This document shows positions 15,992 through 62,615 of a stretch of 64,000 nucleotides of DNA, in pieces; the stretch's first letter is position 1, and each line of letters begins with the position of its first letter. Origin of the DNA: Octopus vulgaris (taxonomy: Eukaryota); NCBI GenBank assembly GCA_951406725.2, contig OX597817.1, positions 186,001 through 250,000 of the forward strand, read 5' to 3'. Below the pieces are notes generated by a model, which worked only from the letters and a program-made list of their open reading frames with translations, had not been told where the DNA came from and did not search any database. Both the position numbers and the translations under genes were made by a program.

Positions 15992-18900
15992 CATCAACAC
16001 AAACCATCAACACAAAGAAAAGGGATGGACCACGCACCACCTGCCCCAAAGCGGAGGTACGCAGATGTTGTGCGCGCCACAAACAGCCAACATGATGTTG
16101 TCGAAAGAGCAGCTGCTGAGCAACAATCTTTTTTGTGCATGGCACAAAAGATTGTACAGCAGCTGACCTGGCTTCATCAAACCCAAGCCCGCAGGTGGGA
16201 CTACCCACTATATACCAGACCACCACAGCAAACAGACACAGGATGGACACCGCCGGCAACAACGTACACCTCACCTCGATACTCCTACTGAACATCAGAG
16301 GACTGCAAACACTCAGTAACAGGACAAAGATCCCGTTCCTGAGAGACTTTGTTGCATGCAATCAAGCCATATGCATAGCACTTACAGAAACGCACCTGAA
16401 ACCGGACATAGCAGATGCGGAGTTACACATACCACAGTATGCTGTACTACGGACCGACAGGAAAGAAAGGAGTCATGGAGGTGTTGCTATGTACATCCGT
16501 GAGGACCTCACACCCCAGGTCCTCTTGTCATACTCAAACTCGGTGTGTGACACACTAATTGTACATATTAGGCAACTTGATGTAGTTGTGTGTGCTACAT
16601 ATCGCCCTCCAGATGCCCCAAGCCATGTGGGCAAGTTTGAAGACTGCCTTATAAAAATAGAAGAAATTCTAACCACATTAGAACAACACATAGGTGTGCT
16701 TCTTATGGGAGACTTCAATCTGCCCAATGTCAGATGGCCCGAGGGCCTTTCTCTCCCAGGAATGACAAGATGTGAACGAGGACAGGCGAGGTCCCTCCTG
16801 AACCTCATCAACACCCTGTACATGGAGCAGGTAATACTCCAACCAACCAGGGCAGGTAACACACTGGATCTCTGCTTCACAAATGACATGGATCTCATCC
16901 ATAATGTGAAAGTGACACCGACACTACTCTCGGATCACAACATGATAGAGCTGACCATGTACGGGCCAAAAGAGAGCACGGACATGCAGCCTACAAGAAG
17001 CCCTCAAAATCTTTCCAGCTTGAACTACCATAAGGCAAACTGGAAACAAATTGAGAAAGAGATCCTCAAACAAAACTGGCCTAAATGTCTCTCCTCGCCA
17101 GACATCGACGTGAAACTCCAACAATTCATGTCTGTAATGCAAGCCATATGCTACAAATGTGTCCCAGAGAGAAAGGCCACTGTACACAAGAACAAAATCC
17201 CCAGAGAGAGGAAAATTTTAATGAGACGGCGTACGAAATTTTCAAATCGCCTAAACAAACAGATTGAAAGCAGTGAAAAGTCCCGCCTAAAAATAAAACT
17301 GTTGGAAATCGAAAAATGTCTGCAACTCTCCCATGAAAAAGAAAGAGCAGACAAAGAAGCCTGGGCTATAGAAAACATAAAATCTAACCCCAGAGCTTTC
17401 TACAGGTGTGCCAAAGAAACAGCTACAGTGCACTGTAGAATAGGGCCACTCCTCGAAAAGGATGGCACACTTACAGGAAAACCAATGAGGGTAAGTGAAA
17501 TACTGAATGAGCAATTCAAGAGTGTTTTCACTCCACCCCTTGGGCATCTCCAAATCACCAATCCAACTGACTTTTTTACCACTGCAGATATAAAATCAGA
17601 GGCGGCGACGATAGATTACATCGATATAAAGGAAGACGATGTAACCAAGGCTATAGATGAAATGAAAACAGACTGAGCTACTGGCCCCGATGGATTCCCG
17701 GCAATCCTCCTAAAAACATGTAAGAGAGTCCTAGCAAGACCACTGCAGTTCCTCTTTCAGAGCTTCCTTGCAGCTGGCAAACTTCCAGGAAAACTGAAGG
17801 AAGGTAAAATATGCCCCATTCATAAAGGAGGTAGCAGAGCGGAAGCCAAGAACTATAGACCTATCTCTCTGACCTCACACATCAGCAAGGTCATGGAACG
17901 AATAGTCAGAAGGAAGCTGATCACCTTCCTTGAAGAGAATGACTTGCTGCCCGACACCCAACATGGTTTCCGACCAGGGAGAAGCTGTTTAACTCAGCTC
18001 CTACAACACTATGACTGGGTGCTGAAACGGCTGCTCAACCACTCAAATGTGGAAGTGATATATCTCGACTTTGCAAAGGCCTTTGATAAAGTCGATCATG
18101 GAATGATATGTCACAAACTGCGTGATCTCAACATAGTTGGAAAACTGGGAAAATGGCTTCATGACTTTCTGAAGGATAGAAGTCAGGTGGTCGTAGCCAA
18201 TGGGGCCACCTCCATTAACACACAAATAGTGAGCGGTGTTCCGCAGGGCACTGTTCTGGGACCACTACTGTTCATAATGGCCCTCTCAGACATGCCCTCA
18301 GCCACGCAGAGAGCCACGATCACAAGTTATGCAGATGATACAAAAGTTTCACAGGCAATACAGAACCCTGAGGACACTAAACACCTGCAATGTGAGCTGG
18401 ACGAAATATACAAGTGGGCTGAAAAGAATAGCATGCAGTTCAATGCTGGAAAGTTTCAAGCTTTATACTATCAGCATGCAAAACTGAATGCAATACCCAA
18501 TGAATACACTGGACCCGGAGGGATTGCAATCCCAGAGGCACAATCAGTGCGTGACCTGGGTATTCACATGAGTGATGACGCGACCTTTCATGTACATGTT
18601 GCTAAACTGACAATGAAATGTAGACGGCTGGCTGGATGGATTCTTAGAACCTTTAGAACAAGAGAACAAGAAACCATGATGGTCCTCTGGAAGACACTTG
18701 TCCTAAGCCACTTTGACTATTGCTCTCAGCTATGGTCACCATCCAGTGTCAAGTTGATCACAGAACTTGAGGCGATCCAACGAAGCTACACAAAGAAGAT
18801 AGCCTCTATGCAGAATGTAAGCTACTGGGAAAGACTCAAGAGATTAAAATTATATTCCCTGGAGCGTAGGCGGGAAAGATATGCCATAATATACATCTGG

Positions 18901-19327
18901 AAGATCCTGGAGGGAAGTGTCCTGAACTTTGGCATCGAGAGTTACGCAAATGCCAGAACTGGGCGCCACTGCGTGGTGCCTAGGACTCCAAACCTGCCAT
19001 CAAGATGTAGGACAAGATTCTGTGATAGCCTGGGCTTCCGAGGCCCACAGCTCTTCAATATCCTCCCGAAGAACCTGAGAGACCTGCATGGGGTGGATAC
19101 AGATGTCTTTAAAATGAAGCTGGATCTCTTCCTGTCAGGTGTCCCAGATGAACCAACTTCACGGCAGGAGGGGCAGATGAGGGCAGCTGCATCGAACTCT
19201 CTCATGCACCAAATAGCAGTTGCTAGAAAGCCTCCATGAAGTGAAACCAAGTAGCAACACCAAATGGCGGTGCCCCAGCATGGCCACAGCTCATAAGCTG
19301 AAACTAGAATCAATCAATCAATCAATC
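15992..19327 (+). mobile_element. CR1/L2-group LINE, 5'-truncated in ORF1, (TCAA)n tail
   Basis: ORF1 remnant to 16291 overlaps the ORF2 start at 16243; 3' UTR hairpin followed by (TCAA)n. Confidence 0.9.
16243..19239 (+). pseudogene. LINE ORF2 (APE + RT) with a single in-frame nonsense codon
   Basis: LLNIRGL, LTETHL, GDFN, SDH (APE); YLDFAKAFDKV, SGVPQGTVLGPLLF, YADD (RT); track ORFs 16135-17676 and 17893-19239 share a frame, broken by TGA at 17674 in KTD*ATGPDG. Confidence 0.9.
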
Positions 19328-19360
<33 letters not shown>

Positions 19361-19432
19361 CATTATATATACACATTATATATACATATAATATATATAT
19401 ATATATAATATATATATATATATATAATATAT

Positions 19433-20043
<611 letters not shown>

Positions 20044-20083
20044 AATTAAATTATAGCCCCTTCTATAAAATAAAATAAAATAA

Positions 20084-20135
<52 letters not shown>

Positions 20136-20137
<2 letters not shown>

Positions 20138-20686
20138 TAATTTATATATAGAGGGCATTATTATACATACATGCCACACGCTACGAGGGACATTAGTCAT
20201 TTCTACCAAAAATTTTACTAATCCTACCCAATTCGAAGAAGCCTGCCATTTACCGGATGTATTATATGTAAACTCCCCCATGTGCTTCGTTGGGGTTGAA
20301 CAGTTAGCTGTTCGATCTTGACGGTACGGGGTCGTTTATTTATGATATGTTCAGAATCAGTCTTGCTGATGAGGACAGACGCAACTGCGGTTACGGTCGC
20401 AAATGCGGTAAGTACGAAATCACAGGTGATACAAGACTAAATTCATTTTTTTAAATGTCTTGCTTTGAAAAAATTGCATTGGGTAGGATTAGTAAAATTT
20501 TTGGTAGAAATGACTAATGTCCCTCGTAGCGTGTGGCATGTATGTATAATAATGCCCTCTATATATAAATTAATATGTTCAATAAGAAAGAATTATTTTC
20601 GAAATTTTTCTCTTATGAGGTTTTTCACGCTATCTACCTGATAATTTCTTGTTAAGATTCCTTAGTAGGAGGTTATCCTTAATTGT

Positions 20687-20690
<4 letters not shown>
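20136..20690 (+). mobile_element. Second Penelope-like pLTR fragment with a 97-bp inverted 5' copy, nested in the first
   Basis: 20136-20232 is the reverse complement of 20478-20574; a hammerhead motif lies between them. Confidence 0.65.
20359..20438 (+). ncRNA. Type I hammerhead ribozyme motif with enlarged stem II
   Basis: Stem I AGTCTTG/CAAGACT; core CTGATGA...GAAA; stem III TCAC-AG-GTGA; cleavage triplet AUA after 20431. Confidence 0.7.
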
Positions 20691-20751
<61 letters not shown>

Positions 20752-21329
20752 ATATATATATAAATTAACACAATAAATATCTAATCAATATCTGTTATCA
20801 TGACTGTGCGGTGGTAGTAGTGGTGGGCGATAAAAATTCACCGTTGTAAAGGACCTGAGGCGAGAATATTTCAACTTTTGCGGCTGTCAACGGTTTCCTC
20901 CTATAGATAGAGACTGATATACAGAGAGAGGGGTGGTGAGACAAAAAAATGACAGAGAGATGATGAAGGCGGAGAGGGAAAGAGAGTGGAAGCTGTCAAA
21001 CGATGAGACAGAAAGAAATTGGAGGGAAGGTATGAAAGAGAGAGATCGAGGAAGGCAAGTTGGTATCCGAAAGGGAGAAACGACAAACACTTGTCAAATT
21101 CTGGGTTTTGTTGCCCTAGTAACCACAGCCTTTGTGATGGAGATTTCTAACATAGTCAAGTCGCTTTCTCGCCTCATTGTACATGTCCCTGTAAATTTTC
21201 GAGCACGCCTACTGCCATTGAAACCTGCATAACCACTAAATGAAACACGCAAACTTGTAACATTCGCCCATTTCACTTTTATAAATACAGATAAAAAAGA
21301 CATCAATATATATATATATATATATATAA

Positions 21330-21361
<32 letters not shown>

Positions 21362-21376
21362 TTATTATATAGAAGG

Positions 21377-21427
21377 AGCTTCTACAGGACTAGTACTGTT
21401 TCATTCAAGAGAAATCTTCAGGAAGCT
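21377..21427 (-). ncRNA. Minimal type I hammerhead ribozyme motif (inverted copy)
   Basis: Reverse complement of 24701-24751. Confidence 0.65.
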
Positions 21428-21699
21428 ATTTATCTTGTTCGCCAAAGGCCCTCTCCTTAACAAATTTTCAGAACACTCCCCAAATTGCATGCATAAGAAG
21501 TATGCGAACTACAAGAACTATAGACCTACCCGGCAACCTGATTGATGACAACCCCCCCTACAACCCCCCCCCCAACCCCACTGTTCCCCTAGCACCCCCG
21601 ATTACCTTTTCTCCTAAGACCTTTCACATATTATATGTGCACGCTTGTATATGTGTATCGTATGTATGTATATATGTATAGAAATGCATGGGTACAGTA

Positions 21700-21779
21700 G
21701 GAATATACGCATGTATTATGTGTGTGTGTGTGTATGTATGCATGTAAAAATATATATATGTATATATATCTGCATATAC

Positions 21780-21819
<40 letters not shown>

Positions 21820-22456
21820 GATTGTATGTGTGTGTGTGTGTGTATATGTATATGTGTTTGTATGTATATGTGTATATATGTATATGCATATGTATGTGTA
21901 AATGTATGTGTTTATGTATGTGTATGTATGTATAAAATATTATATAATTAGGGCTTAGTAAAATAAAATAAATTACTTTGCCACATACTAAACTTTCTAG
22001 AAATAGCAGCCAATAAAGTTTTTTAGCCTCTTCCACTACTTAGAGAATTTTTTCCCTCTAACATTGTTTACTCAAAATAATAATGGTCCCTTTACATACC
22101 GAACACTTGGTGAAATTGATTAATAACTAATTAACTTTACCCTCCCTTGTTGATATATATATATGTATATGTGTACATGTATGTATATATGTGTGTGTGT
22201 GTATGTGTGTATGTATGTATTTGTATATGTGTGTGTGTATATGTATGTGTGCGCGTGTGTGTGTATGTATGTGTATGTATATTTGTATATGTATATGCAT
22301 GTATATATATGTGTGTGTATATGTGTATTATGTATGTATTTATATAGATATGTAATTTATATATATATGTATGTATATGCATCTGTCTGTGTGTGTGTAT
22401 GTGTATATATATGTGTATCATTATTGCGTATGTATACATGTATATGTGTATATGTA

Positions 22457-22488
<32 letters not shown>

Positions 22489-22489
22489 G

Positions 22490-22521
<32 letters not shown>

Positions 22522-23135
22522 GTATGTGTATGTACATGTATATATATATGTGTGTATATGTATATATGTTTATATATGTGAGTATGTAGAGATATAAGTA
22601 TATGCATGTGTATATGTGTGTGTGTGTATATATATATATATATGTATGGGTATGTGTATCAGTGTATATGTATATATGTATGTGTGTGTGTATGTATATG
22701 TATGTATATGTGTATATATGTATGTGTATATGTGTATATATGTGTATATATATGTATGTATGTGTATGTGTATGTATATGTATATGTGTATGTATATGTA
22801 TGTGTATATATATGTATATATATATATATATGCATATATATATATATATATATATATGAGTGCGTGTGTGTATGTATGCATATATGTATGTATGCATGTA
22901 TATGTGTATGTATATATGTGTGTAAGTGTGTGCATATATGTATATGTAAGTATGTGTGCGTGTATGAGTATGTATGTATGCTTGCACACGTGTATATATA
23001 TGTGTGTGTGTGTATATATATGGATGCGCGTGCGTGTGTGCACGTGTATGGGTACGCATGTATATGTGTATGTGCGTGTATGTGTATACGTGTATGTATG
23101 TATGTGTGTGCGTATATTTGTATATGTATGTGTGA

Positions 23136-23166
<31 letters not shown>

Positions 23167-23368
23167 GATGAGTGTGTGTATGCGTATAAATGCATGTAAG
23201 TATGGATGTATGGATGTATGTATGTATGTATACGTATGTATGTGTTTGTGTGTATATGTATGTATGTGTGTGTATGTGTGTATATATATATATATGTGTG
23301 TATATATGTTTGTGTATGTATATATATGTGTATGTATGTGTGTGTATATATATGTGTGTATGTGTATG

Positions 23369-23401
<33 letters not shown>

Positions 23402-23440
23402 GTATGTATCTGTATGTAGGAGTATATGTGTGTGTGTGTA

Positions 23441-23471
<31 letters not shown>

Positions 23472-23797
23472 GTATATTTATTGGTGTATATGTATAGACT
23501 AGCCTCCTAAAGTGTAGACACGAATCTGTAGGCACGAGTACGTATGTGTATATACGTGAACGTATGTAGATGTTTGTATGTATGAATATAACGCGTGCGT
23601 ACGTGTATGTGTATGAGTGTACGAATGGGTGAATGTACGTGCTAATGAGTGTGCGTGCGGGAATGAGTACTTGCCTTCTAGTAGACAGACAAATGGACAT
23701 GCTGCCATAGCCAGGATCCTTAGCTCTAGCGATCAAAGATAACAAAAGTAATAAATGAAGATAATAAAATTAAAATTAGGGAATGGGCCTGTATTGG

Positions 23798-23844
<47 letters not shown>

Positions 23845-23943
23845 GTGTATGTGTAGGTATGTATAGGTACACATGTGTATGTGTATGTGTATGTATATGT
23901 GTATATGTATGTATGTGCACACATGTATATATATGTATGCGTG

Positions 23944-23981
<38 letters not shown>

Positions 23982-24276
23982 TATGTGTATGTGGGTGTAT
24001 GTATATATAGGTGTAAATATGTGTATATAGGGAACTAGGTGTGTTGTGTGTGCATGAGTGTATGTGCGTATGAATATATATTTTTCTGTGTATATATGTA
24101 TGTGTGGTCGTGGGTATATATATATATACATGTGTGTATGCGTGCATGCATGGGAGTGAGTGTATGCATATATACGTGTGTGTATGTGTAGACAGGTATA
24201 TGCATGTGCATGTGTATAAATTTGTATATGTGGGCGGGTGTATGTATGTGTGTATGTAGATATGTATGTATGTGTG

Positions 24277-24323
<47 letters not shown>

Positions 24324-24550
24324 ATATATATGTGTGTGTAGATACGTATACATATGTGTATAGGTATAAGTGAGAATCTCCTTATTTACCTATAACTCTA
24401 TCCCCCCTTTTTTTATATATATATTTTTTATATATATATATTTTTTATATATATATATTTTTTATATATATTTTTTATTTTTTTATTTTTTTATTTTTTT
24501 ATTTTTTTATTTTTTTATTTTTTTATTTTTTTATTTTTTATTTTTTTATT
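21700..24550. repeat. Compound (TA)/(TG)/(TATG) microsatellite field and T-rich tract
   Basis: Direct reading; source of the many Y/I/H/T/V/C ORFs. Confidence 0.95.
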
Positions 24551-24700
24551 TATCTATTCTTTCATCTAACTTACCACTGACTCCTTGACCACTCCCCCAA
24601 GTATGATATTTTGCGCTATGCCTACCCCCAAAAAAGTCCCCCACCACCACTCCTTTAAACCTGCCTAAATGTATAAATGCTAATACAATTCTTGTTAAAT

Positions 24701-24751
24701 AGCTTCCTGAAGATTTCTCTTGAATGAAACAGTACTAGTCCTGTAGAAGCT
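24701..24751 (+). ncRNA. Minimal type I hammerhead ribozyme motif in Penelope pLTR
   Basis: Stem I AGCTTC/GAAGCT; CTGAAGA; weak stem II TTC-TCTT-GAA with U-U at the base; GAAA; stem III CAG-TACTAGTC-CTG; GUA cleavage after 24745. Confidence 0.65.
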
Positions 24752-24834
24752 CCTTCTATATAATAAATTAATTTTACTCTGCTATGTATTGAGTACCTTA
24801 CTTACTGTGGTTAACCCCGAATCAACCCGGGACC

Positions 24835-24905
<71 letters not shown>

Positions 24906-24906
24906 C

Positions 24907-24980
<74 letters not shown>

Positions 24981-24982
24981 TA

Positions 24983-25190
24983 CTCTTTTACTCTTTTTAC
25001 GTGTTTCAGCCATTTGACTCTAGCCATGCTGGAGCACTGCCTTTAGTCGAGCAAATCGACGCCAGGACTTATTTGTTTGTAAGCCTAGTACTTATTCTAT
25101 CGGCCACTTATGCCGAACCGCTAAGTTTCGGGAGCGTAAACACCCCAGCATCAGTTGTCAACCAATGTTGGGGCGACAGATACAGACACA

Positions 25191-25289
<99 letters not shown>

Positions 25290-25420
25290 GACGGGTTTCT
25301 TTCAGTTTCCGTTTACCAAATCCACTCACAAGGCTTTGGGTGACTCGAGGCTATAGTAAAAGACAGTTGTAAAGGACCTGAACCCGGAACCATGTGGTTG
25401 GTAAGCAAGATCCTTACCAC
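24983..25420 (-). mobile_element. Composite SINE, same family as 11997-12392
   Basis: Collinear similarity with an internal (CA)(TA) microsatellite. Confidence 0.85.
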
Positions 25421-25432
25421 ATACCCACTACT

Positions 25433-25490
<58 letters not shown>

Positions 25491-25631
25491 AGACATTCTA
25501 TTCAAGGCTAAGGATATCTATGAATATACCAGATGTTATTAAAATACTCTGTAAAGCAATGGAATTGTTTAGGGAGGTGATTCTATGCACAACAATAACA
25601 ACAACAACAATTGAACATTTCAAAGTTTATA

Positions 25632-25637
25632 TTTATT
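25632..25637 (-). terminator. Candidate polyadenylation signal AATAAA of the ANK-RING-DD gene
   Basis: Minus-strand AATAAA about 260 nt after the stop codon; AT-rich context lowers specificity. Confidence 0.35.
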
Positions 25638-25895
25638 TCAGATTGTAATTTCTGGTTACAAGGGAGCCAAACCAGTAAAGTGGTCTCTATTTGGTTGACA
25701 GATCTGCTAGAAATAATAACCAAATTTACCAAAATTCACACTTCATCATCTTAAGGTAGGACAAGTGGGACAATGTGATTCTGAGTTTTCTACATTAGCA
25801 ATAAAGGCAGGATGGTCCCGGCTGGGAGACATTTGATCATAGATCATTGTTTGGTCATGGTTGATCTGGCGACTAAACAACATTTATGCAACAAT

Positions 25896-59445
<33,550 letters not shown>

Positions 59446-59964
59446 GTCTTTTGAATAAAATCAGTCAAAAAAGAAAGAAAGCAAATCAGTTTTTAAAACC
59501 TTATAAAATGAGTTAAAAAACAATAAACAGAAGTTGATGGTTCTAAAATCTTGCATAAGATAACATTGATATTGTAAACTTCAGTTTATCTAAAGTATTA
59601 TTCATAGTTGAATGTTCTTCTTGACACGAATAAACCTAACAACAGTCATTGTGTTGCGTCTCTAGGTTAGCTACATTCCTCTGCTTACATCTTGATCTAT
59701 AAATCTGTGGATCATACCCCAGCTAGGGTGGGGGGGGGCACTTTATATGAAAAAAAATTGATTCTCTACAGAAAAGTAAATTTATGAAAACTAGTAAAAG
59801 AATCAATGAAACAGAGTTTGTTCAATAAAACCTCCTGTATTGATCTTTGATTTCATCTCATCTACTTTGCTAATATTCCGACAGACACTATCAACAAGAG
59901 CTTATTTTATAAATTTTTGCAAATATCTTTATGACTCTTTCATAATTATTTAATACATTTCCAT

Positions 59965-60033
<69 letters not shown>

Positions 60034-60150
60034 AATAGTAAAAAGTGAAAAAACTACAGAAGGCTTGTTTTAAAAGGTTAAAAAATATATTTGAGTCATT
60101 ATGTCAGAAGAATGTTATAAAATTTTTTCATACAGTAACATAATTTTTGA

Positions 60151-60187
60151 AGAAATTACCGGTTTCGTGTTAACTTTTCAAATTTCT
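60151..60187 (-). ncRNA. Minimal type I hammerhead ribozyme motif with U3-A8 core variant
   Basis: AGAAAT-TTGAAAA-GT TAAC AC-GAAA-CCGG-TA-ATTTCT. Confidence 0.7.
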
Positions 60188-60317
60188 CAAAACATTGTGT
60201 TATGTCTTCGTTATGAAGTGTAAAGAAGAGTTCCAGGTAAGGGGAGGTAATAAGTGATTTCTTCCTGTGTAAGGGAGATAATCGCTTTATATTTCTTTTC
60301 CCTTTTATTTAATGGGG

Positions 60318-62615
60318 TTAGTTTCTCTGTATAAGAATGTTAGAGTGGTTAAGTTTGGGCTTATATTTTTCAATGAAGAATGTTTCCTTGTTTAGTCTAA
60401 TTTGTGTTGGTGTTCCAATAGCACATTGATAAAATGGAAAGATTAAAAATTGTGGTAGTAGTTGCTTTGCGCATTTCTCAATATGCTCACTAAAGGGTAT
60501 CATTCTGTATTCTGGGTATGCAATCTGTTGTCGATGCAGTGTGCATCTGCGTCTGAGTGATAGTCCCGTGCACCCCACGTAGTTTTGGTGGCAGCCCGAG
60601 CATCTTATGACATAAATTATGTTTTCAGAAGCACAAGTAAAATTAGATTTGATCTTGAATTTTTGTCCCTCTTTGAAGAGGAATTCTAATCCTTCTAGAA
60701 TGTTTGGGCATGTTGCGTAGTTTGGTCTACCACATTTTTTTACTTTTGCATCCGTAATTTCAGAAAACAATTTTGCCTTTGTGAGAATCTTTTTAAGTGA
60801 TTTAGGTTGTTTGTAGCTTTTAATAATTTGGTGTATGTTTAGAATTTCCTTTAATTTGGGGTCCTTATGAAGTATTGGTAAATTCTGGGTGATGATGGTG
60901 AAGGCTTCTTTGTTTCTGGGGTTGTATGTGGATATGTAAGGCAGTATTTTCGGGGAAGGTGTGTTGTTGTGTTGAACTTTTCTCAAAGTTTCTATGTCGA
61001 TTTCTGTTGCACGTCTGATCCCATCCTCTATGAGTTGAGTTGGGTAGTGTCTGTCAATTAGGGTGTTTTTGAGTTCTTGTAGCCTAAAGTTCCTGGTATT
61101 TTGTTCTGACACTATTGTGCATATCCTTCTTGCAAGGTTGAAAGGGATGTTTGTTTTAGTGTGTCTTGGGTGGCATGAATCAAAAAGTAGGTATTGTTTG
61201 GCGTCTGTGACTTTGTAAAAAATGTCTGTTTCTATTTTAAGGTTAATTTTTTTAATTAGTATATCTAAGAATGGAAGCTCCTTTTGGTTGTATTCCATTG
61301 TGAACTGTATATTTGGGTTGATGCTGTTCAATAGGTTTTTAAATTTTAGGAGTTTATCTGTGTTTTCATTCCAGAGTATAAAACTATCGTCCAGGAATCG
61401 TTTCCAATTCCCTTTTATGTATTGAGAGAGGGGGTTTCCAAAGATTGATAAAGATTCCTGGTAAATGATTATTTCCAGGTAGCCCATTGTTAGGTTCGCA
61501 ATGACTGGTGCTGCCCTTGTACCCATAGCAATTCCAGATTTTTGACAGTAAAATGTATTGTCAAACATGAAGTGGTTATTATGTAGGATGAATTCAACCG
61601 ATTTAGTAATGAATTCTTTACTGATCCTTTTTGGTATTTCTTCTGGAAATTTGTCCAGCCAGAACTGTATTGCCTCTAGTCCATAATTATGAGGTATACT
61701 GGTATATAAATTAACTACATCAAATGAAACCATGATTGTTTCTTCCTTGACTTTTTTTTGGAAGGTGGTTTAACATATCCAAGTCATCTCTGATATGACT
61801 ATCGATATGTTTAAGGAAGGGTTTCAGGAGGATGTCCATGAATAGACTTAATCTGTGTGTTTCACAGGTTGGGCCTGCTACAATGGGTCGTAGTTTTAGG
61901 TCCCTCGGGTTAGGTGTGTGTATGTATGTCTTTTGTGATTTTTTAATGGTTTCATTTATAATTTGGCTTTTATGAATTTTTGGCAGACCATAGAAGAGGC
62001 TAGGCTTGCATTTAAAGTTTGTTAGAAAGTCAATCTCTTTGGCAGTTAGTTCCTTTTCATGGGTTTTAATTAGTGAAGATAGATTTTTCATTATTTTTTG
62101 TGGGGTGTAGTTGGTGATTTTTTCATAATGTTGATTGTCATCAAGCACAGAAATTACAAGATTTCTATAGTATGATGTATCCATTATTACAACCGCACTT
62201 CCTTTGTCTGCTTCCTTAATGGTTATATCTTCATCATTTTGAAGTTCTATCAGTTCCTTCCATTGTGCAGTGTTAAAATTTGAGTTAACTGTCTGTTTAT
62301 GTATAGTATGGTAGGGAAAGTTCTCAATGTGGCTGCAGAACTCGTCAAGATCTTTATTTCTTCCTCTGTGGGGGATGTTCACTTTTGTTCTTGACTAGTG
62401 ATTCATCTTCAGTATTGAAACTGGTTGATGCTTCTGCTAGTCTTAATTTTCTGCAGAATTCTGTTATATTATCCTTGATTTCATTTAGGTTGGCTCTGCG
62501 TGGAGTTGGCGTAAATTTGAGCCCTTTTGAGAGGATGTCAATTTTTATATTAGAGAGAGGTTTGGTTGAAAGGTTGATTATCTTCGGTTTTTCCTTATTA
62601 CTAGGTTCCAGATAA
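60318..62615 (-). pseudogene. Penelope-like RT/GIY-YIG ORF with two frameshifts (about 62385 and A8 run at 61752-61759)
   Basis: LSKGLKFTPTP, KEADKGSAVVIMD, FYGLPKIHK, LRPIVAG, SFDVVNLYTSIP, GIAMGT, RFLDD, LPFLD; Cys linker KCGRPNYATC; NIIYVIRCSGCHQNYVG. Confidence 0.88.

Noticed and set aside
17674-17676. In-frame TGA in LINE ORF2 as selenocysteine or programmed read-through
   Set aside because: The position is normally Ser/Ala before the GPDG motif; a single TCA->TGA change is simpler, and no SECIS was seen.
21094-21225. Possible extra exon on the minus strand (ttatgcag acceptor) downstream of the gene
   Set aside because: Stops in all three frames within about 130 nt, no recognisable domain, and it lies inside nested repeats.
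21716-24353. His/Tyr/Ile/Thr- or Cys/Val-rich ORFs suggesting metal-binding proteins
   Set aside because: Dinucleotide microsatellite translations.
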